Positions 17,938-26,557 of a DNA stretch of 64,000 nt are shown here, piece after piece. The notes under the pieces are model-generated. The model did not search any database. It was not told where the DNA came from and saw only the letters and a list, made by a program, of their open reading frames with translations. A program made the position numbers and the translations under genes. The DNA is taken from IMG/VR virus record IMGVR_UViG_3300045988_119718, positions 96,001 to 160,000 of that record; one strand, written 5' to 3'. The stretch's first letter is position 1. Every line of letters starts with the position of its first letter. This DNA is from a virus.

Positions 17938-20115
17938 ATGAACGAAAATTATGCAAAGATATTTAAAAAGTACAAAGATTCTATGAAAAGAAATATGAAA
18001 ATTTTAATGCCAGAATTAGGAGATAGTGAACTGGATAGAGCTATTGATTGGAGTATTAATAGAAGAATTAAAGACCATCAAATAGAGATTGATGATAACT
18101 ATCATAATCAAAGAACTAATATTAACCTAATCAAGTTGTATGAATATATTCAAGAGCGTAAACCAATATTAACATCTTACGGATGTTTATTTACACAACA
18201 TGGAGAAAGACCTAATCCATTATATGAAATGATTCAAGAATTTGCAGATAGACGAAACAACTTTAAAAAGAAGATGCTTCAATATCCAAAAGGGTCTGAA
18301 GAATATAATAGATATAATTTAAATCAGCTAGTTGCCAAAGTAGATACAAACGCAATTTATGGTTGTCTTGGAGCAGCATCTAGTGTATTCTATAATGTAT
18401 ATGTAGCTACATCTATTACCAGACAAGGTAGAAGTAGTATTACAGCATCCATTATGCTATTTGAATCATTCTTAGCCAATAATATTAAATTTGGTTCTTT
18501 AAATCAAATCATTGCTTTTATTGACCATGTACTACAGGAGAAACCAAATAGAAAATTTAGTGATAATGATATCTTAGATAATAGTGTATCTAAAGAATCT
18601 GTATTTGCAAAGCTTATGCTTAGTTGTGGATATAGATGGTTGCCTAATGATGAAGATATGGAAATCATTTGGAGAATGGTACAAAGATTAGATCAAGAAG
18701 ATTTAAATAGATTATATTATAAAAATAATCTATATAGCTTCTTTGATAATGAAGTACCGTTAGAAATAGTAACCGACATTCTAAAAGAATTAGATAGTCC
18801 ATTTATTGATCCTAATAATCCGCCTTCTAATATTCAAGATAAATTAGATGTATTAGTAGATATAGTAAAAGAATACGTTTATTATAGATACCAAATTATC
18901 GATAAGATTGAACGGGTAGAAACATTAATTAGACAAGTAGACTTAACTACTGATACTGATTCATGCATTATTACTCTTAATCCATGGTATACCTTTATTG
19001 CAGATAAAGTCAAAAATGAAGATATGAAAATTAAGCATTTTGATATTGATGCAGTAAAACTAATGGAAAAAGAAAATCTTAATGAAGCTGGAGATATTTT
19101 AAAGAAAGATGATAGCGAATTTATTTATGATTTTAAAAATGATGAAATTATTAAAAGAAAGAGAATGAGAAATCCATTAATGGTTATTCCAGAAGATAGT
19201 CTTAGACATTCTATTATTAATATCTTAGCATATGTAATTGGTAAATTGCTTAGAGATTACTTTGATAGAATTTCTATCATGAATAATGTAACTAATGAAG
19301 CTCATCCATTCTGTTTAATGAATATGAAAAATGAATTTTTATTTATGAAAATGCTTCTTAGTGATGCTAAGAAGCATTATGCTACCTTAGTAGAAGTACA
19401 GGAAGGTCATGTTATTCCAAATGACCCATCTAAACAATTAGACATTAAAGGGTTGGAAATGGATAAGTCTGTAATTCCTAAATCTACTAAAGAAGTATTA
19501 AGTAAGATTCTATATGAAGATATTCTAAAGTCTAAAAATATTGATCAGCTTAAAATCATTAATAAATTAGCAGTATTGGAAAAACAGATTAAAGAAGCCA
19601 TTGTTAATGGTAGTACAGAATACTTTAAACCAATGAAAGTAAAAAGTATTAGAAGTTACAAAAATCCTATGTCTACTCAGCAAGTTAAAGGAAGTATTAT
19701 ATATGATCTTCTTAGAGATAAAAATGAACCATATATAAACTTAGATGAGCAATGCCCAGTACTTGTGGTAAAGACTAAGATTAATAAAAGTATACTAGAA
19801 AGTAGTAGATTTAAAGATGAATACCCAGATAAATATAATCTCTTAATTAAAGCATTTTATGATAATAATAGCATAGTCTTTAAAGTCAGAGATCAAGAAT
19901 ATTTATTTAACTTCTTTAAAGCTACTACACCTAATAATGCTAGAGAAATAACTAGTGTAGCTATTCCATATACTATCCCTACACCAAAATGGCTAATTGA
20001 ATTTATTGATTATGATTCTATTATTAAAGAAAACATAGGAGCATTCCCATTAGAAAGTATTGGTATCACAAAGTTAGATACTAATAGTGCATATAGTGGA
20101 ATCATTCAGTTATAA
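17938..20115 (+). CDS. Family-B DNA polymerase, C-terminal portion only (fingers, palm motifs B and C, thumb). The N-terminal exonuclease and motif A are not encoded upstream.
   Basis: Fingers basic residues, then motif B KVDTNAIYG (Kx3NSxYG). Then ATSITRQGR (compare RB69 ATAITTFGQ). Then motif C LTTDTDS (YGDTDS). About 190 aa are inserted between motifs B and C. RBS GAGAGGAG. Confidence 0.55.
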   Translation: MNENYAKIFKKYKDSMKRNMKILMPELGDSELDRAIDWSINRRIKDHQIEIDDNYHNQRTNINLIKLYEYIQERKPILTSYGCLFTQHGERPNPLYEMIQEFADRRNNFKKKMLQYPKGSEEYNRYNLNQLVAKVDTNAIYGCLGAASSVFYNVYVATSITRQGRSSITASIMLFESFLANNIKFGSLNQIIAFIDHVLQEKPNRKFSDNDILDNSVSKESVFAKLMLSCGYRWLPNDEDMEIIWRMVQRLDQEDLNRLYYKNNLYSFFDNEVPLEIVTDILKELDSPFIDPNNPPSNIQDKLDVLVDIVKEYVYYRYQIIDKIERVETLIRQVDLTTDTDSCIITLNPWYTFIADKVKNEDMKIKHFDIDAVKLMEKENLNEAGDILKKDDSEFIYDFKNDEIIKRKRMRNPLMVIPEDSLRHSIINILAYVIGKLLRDYFDRISIMNNVTNEAHPFCLMNMKNEFLFMKMLLSDAKKHYATLVEVQEGHVIPNDPSKQLDIKGLEMDKSVIPKSTKEVLSKILYEDILKSKNIDQLKIINKLAVLEKQIKEAIVNGSTEYFKPMKVKSIRSYKNPMSTQQVKGSIIYDLLRDKNEPYINLDEQCPVLVVKTKINKSILESSRFKDEYPDKYNLLIKAFYDNNSIVFKVRDQEYLFNFFKATTPNNAREITSVAIPYTIPTPKWLIEFIDYDSIIKENIGAFPLESIGITKLDTNSAYSGIIQL

Positions 20116-20130
20116 TTAAGGAGGATTAAA

Positions 20131-20499
20131 ATGGTTATTTGTAAACAACAGAATGAGAAAAAAGAAAGGTTAATTGAGTTATTCAATACATCTGCTGAAA
20201 AAGCAAGGAAAGCTAAAGTTCCAGTCACTACAATTACTTTAGGTGGTAAATATAATTGTAAGGTTTTCGGATTTAGCTTAAAAGATAAATATTTTCAAAC
20301 ACATTTCATTGGAGTATGTGCAGATGACCATTGCATCTATTTTATAAGTGGTTCACTGAGTAGCGAGTTAGCAATTAAAAGCCAACTTAATAAAAATGAG
20401 TGGAAAGAAGTAATACAACGCATTATGTTTGAAGCGTTTATAAATGATAAATTAATCAACGCATTTGATAGTACGCCTACAACTGAGTTTAATATGTAA
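20131..20499 (+). CDS. Hypothetical protein (122 aa); tandem paralog of 20528..20902.
   Basis: MVICKQQNEKKERLIELFN.../...DHCIYFI is conserved in both copies. RBS AAGGAGGA. Confidence 0.45.
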   Translation: MVICKQQNEKKERLIELFNTSAEKARKAKVPVTTITLGGKYNCKVFGFSLKDKYFQTHFIGVCADDHCIYFISGSLSSELAIKSQLNKNEWKEVIQRIMFEAFINDKLINAFDSTPTTEFNM

Positions 20500-20527
20500 T
20501 ATGAATATTTTTAAAGGAGGATAAAAA

Positions 20528-20902
20528 ATGATTATTTGCAGACAGTGTGACGAGAAAAAAGAAAAATTAATTGAGTTGTTTAATGAAGCTGCTAAAAAAT
20601 CAGAGAAAACCAAGGTTCCATGTATTGTTTATCCTTTAAATAAAGGAAAATATAATCGCGAGGTTTCAGGATTTGCTTTAAAAGATACATATGGTAAAAC
20701 ACATATCATTGGAGGATGCATGGAAGACCATTGTATCTATTTTATAACTGATTTACTGGGTATTAAAAAAATAATTAAAAGTCAACTTAGTAAGAAAGAA
20801 TGGGAAACAGTGAGATATATTATTTTTAAAGCATATATGGATAAAGAAATAAACCACGCATTTGATGGTACACCTGTAACTTCCTTCTATAATAACAGAT
20901 AA
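20528..20902 (+). CDS. Hypothetical protein (124 aa); tandem paralog of 20131..20499.
   Basis: Same as the preceding gene. RBS AAGGAGGA. Confidence 0.45.
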   Translation: MIICRQCDEKKEKLIELFNEAAKKSEKTKVPCIVYPLNKGKYNREVSGFALKDTYGKTHIIGGCMEDHCIYFITDLLGIKKIIKSQLSKKEWETVRYIIFKAYMDKEINHAFDGTPVTSFYNNR

Positions 20903-20935
20903 TTGGTAATGTAAAAAAAAAGAATTGTATATTAT

Positions 20936-20976
20936 TGTATTGAAGCTAGATATCTAGCTTCAATACATTTTTATTT
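20936..20976 (+). terminator. Rho-independent terminator.
   Basis: Hairpin TTGAAGCTAGATATCTAGCTTCAA followed by a T-run. Confidence 0.45.
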
Positions 20977-21001
20977 ATATTTCTTAAGGAGGAAATATAC
21001 C

Positions 21002-21577
21002 ATGGCAACATCTCTTAGAAACGTTATTGAAAACTTCAAAATTAGCATGGACGAAATTGATAATCATCTTAATGCACAGGATGAATATATCAATGATCTG
21101 GCAAGGAAAGCTAAACAGGTTAGCTCTGCACTGAAACTGCTTAAAATTGCAGTAAGATCTAATGCAGATAAAATTGACGGATACTACTATGTGGATGAAA
21201 GGGATAAAGATGCATTTTTGAAAGATGATGATGTGTCTGGGCTTTATAATACCATAGCCGCTGAAGGAACGTATTCTATCATCATTCTTGATGATGAATC
21301 TCCATTGTTCCTTCAGGAGATTCCAGTCACGATTTCTCATGAGTACGATACGGCTAATGATGCTATGACGGCAAGAATTATCTCTTTCTATGCTGATGAA
21401 GAAGAGCATAACTACGTCAATAATACACTTGGCGAATACAAAGAAAACGCTTTCCCACCAATCGATGATACCATTATGATGTTTATCGAAGATACCAAAA
21501 AGAGAGCTAAAGAAATTGAAGATATTCGCAAAGCTACCAGTATTGAGAACCATCCTATTGGTAAAGAAGAAAAATAA
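21002..21577 (+). CDS. Hypothetical acidic protein (191 aa).
   Basis: Strong RBS TAAGGAGGA. The antisense ORF 20984..21607 is judged spurious. Confidence 0.45.
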   Translation: MATSLRNVIENFKISMDEIDNHLNAQDEYINDLARKAKQVSSALKLLKIAVRSNADKIDGYYYVDERDKDAFLKDDDVSGLYNTIAAEGTYSIIILDDESPLFLQEIPVTISHEYDTANDAMTARIISFYADEEEHNYVNNTLGEYKENAFPPIDDTIMMFIEDTKKRAKEIEDIRKATSIENHPIGKEEK

Positions 21578-21593
21578 CAAGGAAGGGTGAAAA

Positions 21594-21632
21594 TAAAAGG
21601 TACTCATATGAGTACCTTTTATTTTTTTTTTG
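21594..21632. terminator. Bidirectional terminator.
   Basis: Hairpin AAAGGTACTCATATGAGTACCTTT followed by T11. Confidence 0.5.
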
Positions 21633-21639
21633 CTATTTT

Positions 21640-21730
21640 CTATGATATTATAGTATATTGAGAAGAAGATAATCCAGCACCATTAAATCTTGATGGAGGA
21701 TTCTTAATCTTAACATTTTTAAGTTTATGG
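21640..21730 (-). pseudogene. Orphan 3' fragment of an LRR receptor-binding-protein gene. It encodes ...HKLKNVKIKNPPSRFNGAGLSSSQYTIIS*.
   Basis: About 90 nt are homologous at the DNA level to the 3' end of ORF 44919..45674. The remainder of the gene is absent. Confidence 0.5.
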
Positions 21731-21850
21731 TATTAGTATTTAACCATTACCATCATGTATACAAAATTATCAAATCTTATAGATTATAATTAAGGTACTA
21801 CAGTAAGCTTAAGCTTACTGTAGTTTTTCAGAATTAGAATTAAAGAAAAA

Positions 21851-22630
21851 TTAATATTTTATCAATAAATAAACTCCATCATCAGGAATATTTGTATTAG
21901 GATAGTATATAGTAATAGTACCAGCTCCACATACGGTTTTTAATATTTTATAGTTATCTAAATCACAAGCTGCGGCTTTATCGGAAGAAGTAATGTCCTT
22001 ATCATCTGTATATACATAATGTGCTGTCGTACCTTCTATTACCCAATCAGCTTTATCTGTACCTGTTCTAATACTACTTCCGCCGCATAAAAGAATCATT
22101 AATGATTGCTCATCAATAGATGATGATGAACCAGCGTTTTTTAAATCATCTTTTGTAGCTAATTCGCTACCTTTATAAGTGATAGTCTCACCTTCACCCA
22201 TATCCAATAATGTCTTAGTACCACTCTCTGTTATAGAGTTTACCTGTAAACCACCATTCATAATGATTTTAGACTGATTGGTCTGTTCTCCATGAGTGAT
22301 TACGGTTTCATTGTTGACCACAGGATGATTAAAAGTTGTATCAGAGTTTACCTGTATTTCTTTTACGTTAAAATCTAAAGCACCATTGAATTCGGTATGT
22401 CCGTTAAATGTTACTTGACCATCGAACTCTGCTAAACCTTCAGCAAATACATTATTACCATTTAAAGTATTATCACCAATTAAGTTTACTTTCTTGTCTA
22501 ATTCAGCTTTAATTACTTTATTTTGTACAGCATTAAGGCTGGTATCAGATAAAGATTCATCTAATTGTGTTGTTGGAGAGGAGTAAATATTCCCCCCCCC
22601 CACAATAACTCCAGATATTGTTTGTGACAT
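21851..22630 (-). CDS. Tail-fibre-like protein (259 aa) whose N-terminus belongs to the polyG family (MSQTISGVIVGGGN...). It is in frame (ON) as sequenced.
   Basis: A G10 tract sits at codons 10-14. The N-terminal motif is shared with the small paralog family. Confidence 0.5.
   Translation of the reverse strand: MSQTISGVIVGGGNIYSSPTTQLDESLSDTSLNAVQNKVIKAELDKKVNLIGDNTLNGNNVFAEGLAEFDGQVTFNGHTEFNGALDFNVKEIQVNSDTTFNHPVVNNETVITHGEQTNQSKIIMNGGLQVNSITESGTKTLLDMGEGETITYKGSELATKDDLKNAGSSSSIDEQSLMILLCGGSSIRTGTDKADWVIEGTTAHYVYTDDKDITSSDKAAACDLDNYKILKTVCGAGTITIYYPNTNIPDDGVYLLIKY
22592..22601 (-). repeat. Homopolymeric G10 tract (C10 on the plus strand) inside the 5' end of gene 21851..22630.
   Basis: Read directly from the sequence. 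Confidence 0.9.
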
Positions 22631-22667
22631 AATATTTCCTCCTTATTAAAAATATATTATATACTAA

Positions 22668-22904
22668 TTATATAGAACAATCAATGAACACAGAAGAATC
22701 CATAATACTGCTTACATCAGAACTATCAAAAATAGCTAAATCTGTAGAACTTATATTAGAACTGTCACTAAATATAGAATCTGCATCAGTTATTTCGGAA
22801 GAATCAAGGTAAAATGGATATATAGAAGCAGTATCAGTTACATTATCATCACATAAAATTTGGCCTTTAAATACATTTACTCGAGGTTTTAAAGTTGGGT
22901 TCAT
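22668..22904 (-). CDS. Hypothetical Ser/Asp-rich protein (78 aa).
   Basis: ORF only. Confidence 0.3.
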   Translation of the reverse strand: MNPTLKPRVNVFKGQILCDDNVTDTASIYPFYLDSSEITDADSIFSDSSNISSTDLAIFDSSDVSSIMDSSVFIDCSI

Positions 22905-22924
22905 AATTGATCTCTCCTATTTAC

Positions 22925-23356
22925 TTAATAATCAGTAACTGTTGGGGTATGAGTATTAATTTCAGGAGACCATGAAATTGTGAAACTGAGCCGATCGGCA
23001 CCATCTGCATTATACTCAGTCTCCCCGATCCAGTATACCAACTTATTTGTACCAGTAACTACGTTATACAAAACTGCATCCATATAGAATGATTCTTGTT
23101 CATCTTGCATTTTGTATTGCAATTCACCAGTAAGCCTATATTCACGGGAAGGTGTTACCCCCACGAAAGTGGTTTCATCAATTTCATTACCATAATAATC
23201 AATACCATACAACCTTGCTTTAACAACTTTTACATTTGGGAGGGGGTAAATACACCCATATGATTAAAATTAGTAGACCCAGTAGGTATACTTACAGTTG
23301 CTGGAGAGGCACTAAATACTACCCCCCCCCACTACTCCCTTAATCGTTGTTGCCAT
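22925..23356 (-). pseudogene. PolyG-family small protein (MATTIKGVVGGG...SPEINTHTPTVTDY) disrupted by two frame changes as sequenced.
   Basis: The true ATG at 23356 has RBS GGAGGAA. Frame is lost at the G9 tract (a G8 or G11 would be needed). It is lost again at CCCCCTCCC (23238-23246), where +1 C is needed. The annotated 95-aa ORF is only the 3' two-thirds, starting at TTG. Confidence 0.5.
23322..23330 (-). repeat. Homopolymeric G9 tract at the 5' end of the disrupted family gene.
   Basis: Read directly from the sequence. Confidence 0.9.
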
Positions 23357-23385
23357 AATAATATTCCTCCTATTATCTTCTATTA

Positions 23386-24750
23386 TTATTTAACACTTAA
23401 ATCACCTGGTAAGTATCCACTAGCAGCTACAACTTCTGCTTCGTAGGTAGTTCCTATTGGGCAGGTAAATGTGGACGTATGGTCTGTACCACCAGATTTT
23501 TGTGGAGTATAAACGTGAATAGTCTGGTTAGCAGACTGAACAATAGTTACAGTTGCTGTAGCTACTGTTGCTGCATTATGAGATACCGTAGTATTACCAT
23601 TTACAGTACCAGACTTTGCAGAACCTGGGTTATATCCACTATCAGCGGTATAGCTAATACTATAAGTAGTTCCGTAAGGAACACTTAAAGTTTGTGAACT
23701 CTTAGTAGCTGTTGTAGTATAAGACGGTAAGGTACCACCATATGAACTATTAGTTGCTAATCTAAGATTATAAGACTGATTTGCAGTAGCCGGAACAGTT
23801 AAAGTATAGTATCTTAATGAAGCACTAGCAGATTTAGCTGGGATAGATGTAGTATTTGTTACTGTACCACTTACTGAATTAGAAGCTGTATATGTATATG
23901 CATTTGTAGCACTATTAGCCGTATAAGCTACAGAGTACGTAGTACCATAATTTACGGTATAAGATGTAGCACTAGCAGTAGCTGCTTTAGCAACTCCATC
24001 TACAGTAGCTACATAAGTCTGGTTAGTAGTTGCTCCAAATGACAAGGTAAAGGTCTTAATAGCAGCAGCTGTAGCAGCTATAGTTACAGAATCAGTAATA
24101 GTACCACTAGTAGATGTTAATGTACCGGCATTATATCCAGTATCTGGAGTTATAGTAGCAGTCCATTTATCGCCATATGTAGCAGTAAATGTAGAAGTAT
24201 GTGCTACACCATTGCATGTTACAGTAATAGTCTGATGATCTGATTGATTAATATAAAATGTAAAAGTCTGTTTAGCAGCAGCGGTACAAGATAATGTAAA
24301 GCTACCAGCTTCAATATTAGCTTGAGTAATTCTATATGGGTTAGATACAGTAGTACCATTAATAGTTGGAGAAGATGCTTTATATCCTGTAGCTGGAGTA
24401 CAAGTAATAGTTAAAGCAGTATTCATTGGTAATAAAGTACCTGTAGATACAGCAGTACCAGAAGCATTAGTGACTCTAATAGTTTGGTTAGCTACTTGAG
24501 TAATATTCATAGCAGCTTGAGTCCATTTTAATATTGCATACTTAGTAGAAGAACCATTCTTCTGAATTCTAATACCAGAAGCATTATTAGCTGTAAGAGA
24601 AGTACCTAAACCAGCATATACATTAGCACCATCTACTTCTAAATTAATAGTAGAATATCCTGCACAGTCAGCTTTAGAAGTATATAAAGCACAAGTTCCT
24701 GAAGTACCATTTGTTTTCTGATAATGAAGAGATTTAGTTATCTTACTCAT
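23386..24750 (-). CDS. Ser/Thr/Ala-rich fibre or structural protein (454 aa) with a C-terminal copy of the repeat module.
   Basis: C-terminus IVQSANQTIHVYTPQKSGGTDHTSTFTCPIGTTYEAEVVAASGYLPG. Confidence 0.5.
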   Translation of the reverse strand: MSKITKSLHYQKTNGTSGTCALYTSKADCAGYSTINLEVDGANVYAGLGTSLTANNASGIRIQKNGSSTKYAILKWTQAAMNITQVANQTIRVTNASGTAVSTGTLLPMNTALTITCTPATGYKASSPTINGTTVSNPYRITQANIEAGSFTLSCTAAAKQTFTFYINQSDHQTITVTCNGVAHTSTFTATYGDKWTATITPDTGYNAGTLTSTSGTITDSVTIAATAAAIKTFTLSFGATTNQTYVATVDGVAKAATASATSYTVNYGTTYSVAYTANSATNAYTYTASNSVSGTVTNTTSIPAKSASASLRYYTLTVPATANQSYNLRLATNSSYGGTLPSYTTTATKSSQTLSVPYGTTYSISYTADSGYNPGSAKSGTVNGNTTVSHNAATVATATVTIVQSANQTIHVYTPQKSGGTDHTSTFTCPIGTTYEAEVVAASGYLPGDLSVK

Positions 24751-25003
24751 TTTCTATCCAAACCTTTCCACCATCTACATGGATAATAAATGAATCCTTT
24801 AGTTTAGATAAAGAATCCACTTGTGATTGTAATTTATTTATTTTTTCTGATAAATCAGTACTTTCTTTTTTAAGATGATCTATTTCATTATTCTTAGCAG
24901 CTAAGATATTATTAAGAGAATCTATCTCTAATGAAAGTTGATTATACTCAGATGAAGTATAACCACCTAATAAGTGTATTAAAAACTTAAACATAGTAAA
25001 CAC
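24743..25003 (-). CDS. Small coiled-coil protein (86 aa).
   Basis: Heptad-like Leu/Lys/Glu-rich sequence. Confidence 0.35.
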   Translation of the reverse strand: MFTMFKFLIHLLGGYTSSEYNQLSLEIDSLNNILAAKNNEIDHLKKESTDLSEKINKLQSQVDSLSKLKDSFIIHVDGGKVWIENE

Positions 25004-25011
25004 CTCCTATG

Positions 25012-25275
25012 TTAGATTGACACACCATCAATCTTTTGGTTTTCAAACTTCTTGTATGCGTCAAGGTATACTTCTTTCTTATCTCCGTTGTATGTAACCT
25101 CGTAGTACATACCATCGGGCAAGGTAGTTGACACCAATGCTTTCCAATTCTGCAAGGTTTTACAGAACCAAACAACGTAAACATTATCTAACGTAATCTG
25201 TACGTTGTCTGTTTTATCAATATGCTTGTTAGCGTAGTTCAAAACAATTTCTTTTGCAATTTCCTGATAGTTCAT
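25012..25275 (-). CDS. Hypothetical protein (87 aa).
   Basis: ORF only. Confidence 0.35.
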   Translation of the reverse strand: MNYQEIAKEIVLNYANKHIDKTDNVQITLDNVYVVWFCKTLQNWKALVSTTLPDGMYYEVTYNGDKKEVYLDAYKKFENQKIDGVSI

Positions 25276-25295
25276 AAATTATTCTCCTTATCTTG

Positions 25296-25698
25296 TTAAT
25301 AATCTGTTATTGTAGGTGTTTTTTTGTTAATTTCTGGTGACCATGATATACGATAGGTAAAGCTATTAAATTCTCTAAGCGGTACTCCATGCACCATCCA
25401 ACTCATATTATCATGTGTGCTGCATTGCACGCCAAAAACCATTGTCTGCCCCTGTCCATGAAAAAAACTTTTGGGTTTATGATATGATCCAGGAGTAACC
25501 CCTATATAAACAGGGTCTAAAGTAAAGATGCCACCACTAACATCCATTGTTAGGCTTAATGCAAGTATGTGAACATTAGCTGGGATAACAAAATTAGGTA
25601 AATCACCTTCATAACTCCCAGTAGGTACACTCACGGTAGCAGGACTAGCACTAAACGTCGTCCCCCCCCCCAATTATACCTTTTAATGTTGTAGCCAT
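25296..25698 (-). CDS. PolyG-family small protein (MATTLKGIIGGG|TTFSASPATVSVPTG...SPEINKKTPTITDY); phase-OFF as sequenced (G10).
   Basis: An upstream ATG with an RBS gives MATTLKGIIGGGDDV* at G10. G9 restores the full 134-aa protein. The ORF-track model starts at a TTG immediately 5' of the tract. Confidence 0.5.
25662..25671 (-). repeat. Homopolymeric G10 tract.
   Basis: Read directly from the sequence. Confidence 0.9.
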
Positions 25699-25719
25699 AT
25701 ACAACTACCTTCTTTCTTT

Positions 25720-26105
25720 TTAATAATCAGTATCGTCTGGTGTGTGAGTATTAATTTCAGGAGAATAATATATAGTTACCCCTTCTATATCATTTTCATC
25801 ATTAACATCCTCAATTTTCCAACTAGTAATTTGATGTATATTATGGGTAAAACAATAAATACCATATACCATAGTATGATGAGGTGGTATATAATCTGTT
25901 TGAAGTCCCCATACATGTGTTGAGCCAGGGGTAACACCCACGTAAAATCCACGTACATAAAGTACCTTTATTCCATTTGGAACTGTAAATCTTTCTGAGC
26001 TATCTGGGCCTATATATATGCTTCCACTCGGTATACTTGCAGTTGCTGGGGTGACACTAATAGTTACCCCCCCCCCCATATAGTTCCTTTTAAAGATTGT
26101 GACAT
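25720..26105 (-). CDS. PolyG-family small protein (MSQSLKGTIWGGG|VTISVTPATASIPSG...SPEINTHTPDDTDY); phase-OFF as sequenced (G11).
   Basis: The RBS-proximal ATG at 26105 reads MSQSLKGTIWGGG* at G11. G12 or G9 restores the frame. The ORF-track model starts at an internal ATG embedded in the tract. Confidence 0.5.
26067..26077 (-). repeat. Homopolymeric G11 tract.
   Basis: Read directly from the sequence. Confidence 0.9.
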
Positions 26106-26123
26106 AATATGATTCCTTTCTTT

Positions 26124-26544
26124 TTAATGATCAGTTACGGTAGGAGTTTGCTTATTTATTTCAGGAGAGTATTTTATATAAAATCTATCTATTTTGCAAT
26201 CTTCGCCTTCTCTGGTTTCAGCATTTACATAAGTATAGTATTTTTTATTTGGAATTACTCCAACGTATACTGTGTGACTAGTAATGCCTTCGCCAGTACT
26301 ATAGATCCATTGACCGCTACTACTATCTACGGTTAGAACTACAATATGTTCTGTACCACTACTAATATAGGCAGATGCATAAACTTCAATCACTTTTACA
26401 CCATTAGGAATTATAAAGTCATCATTAAGGCCGTTTTCATCATTAGATCTATCCACTAAATATCCAGTTGATACAACTATTTCAGTAGCGGGACTAGCTG
26501 TGAATGTTAGCCCCCCCGATTGTTCCCTTCATCGTTGTAGCCAT
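26124..26544 (-). CDS. PolyG-family small protein (MATTMKGTIGG...LTFTASPATEIVVSTGYLVDRSNDENG...SPEINKQTPTVTDH); phase-OFF as sequenced (G7).
   Basis: The upstream ATG at 26544 has RBS AGGAGA. G7 gives MATTMKGTIGGANIHS*. G9 or G6 restores the frame. Confidence 0.5.
26511..26517 (-). repeat. Homopolymeric G7 tract.
   Basis: Read directly from the sequence. Confidence 0.9.
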
Positions 26545-26557
26545 AATAAATCTCCTA

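Noticed and set aside
17938-20115. Possible intein in the 190-aa insertion between DNA polymerase motifs B and C
   Set aside because: No Cys/Ser at an N-extein junction, no block F/G HN motif and no LAGLIDADG or HNH signature were seen. A lineage-specific insertion domain is more likely.
20984-21607. 207-aa antisense ORF overlapping 21002..21577
   Set aside because: The plus-strand ORF has a strong AAGGAGGA RBS and a downstream terminator. The antisense ORF is hydrophobic and low-complexity and lacks an RBS, so it is probably spurious. The same reasoning applies to 460..696, 1505..1744, 2455..2763, 4949..5287, 7024..7329, 17227..17631, 33274..33648, 45139..45399, 56339..56699 and similar ORFs.
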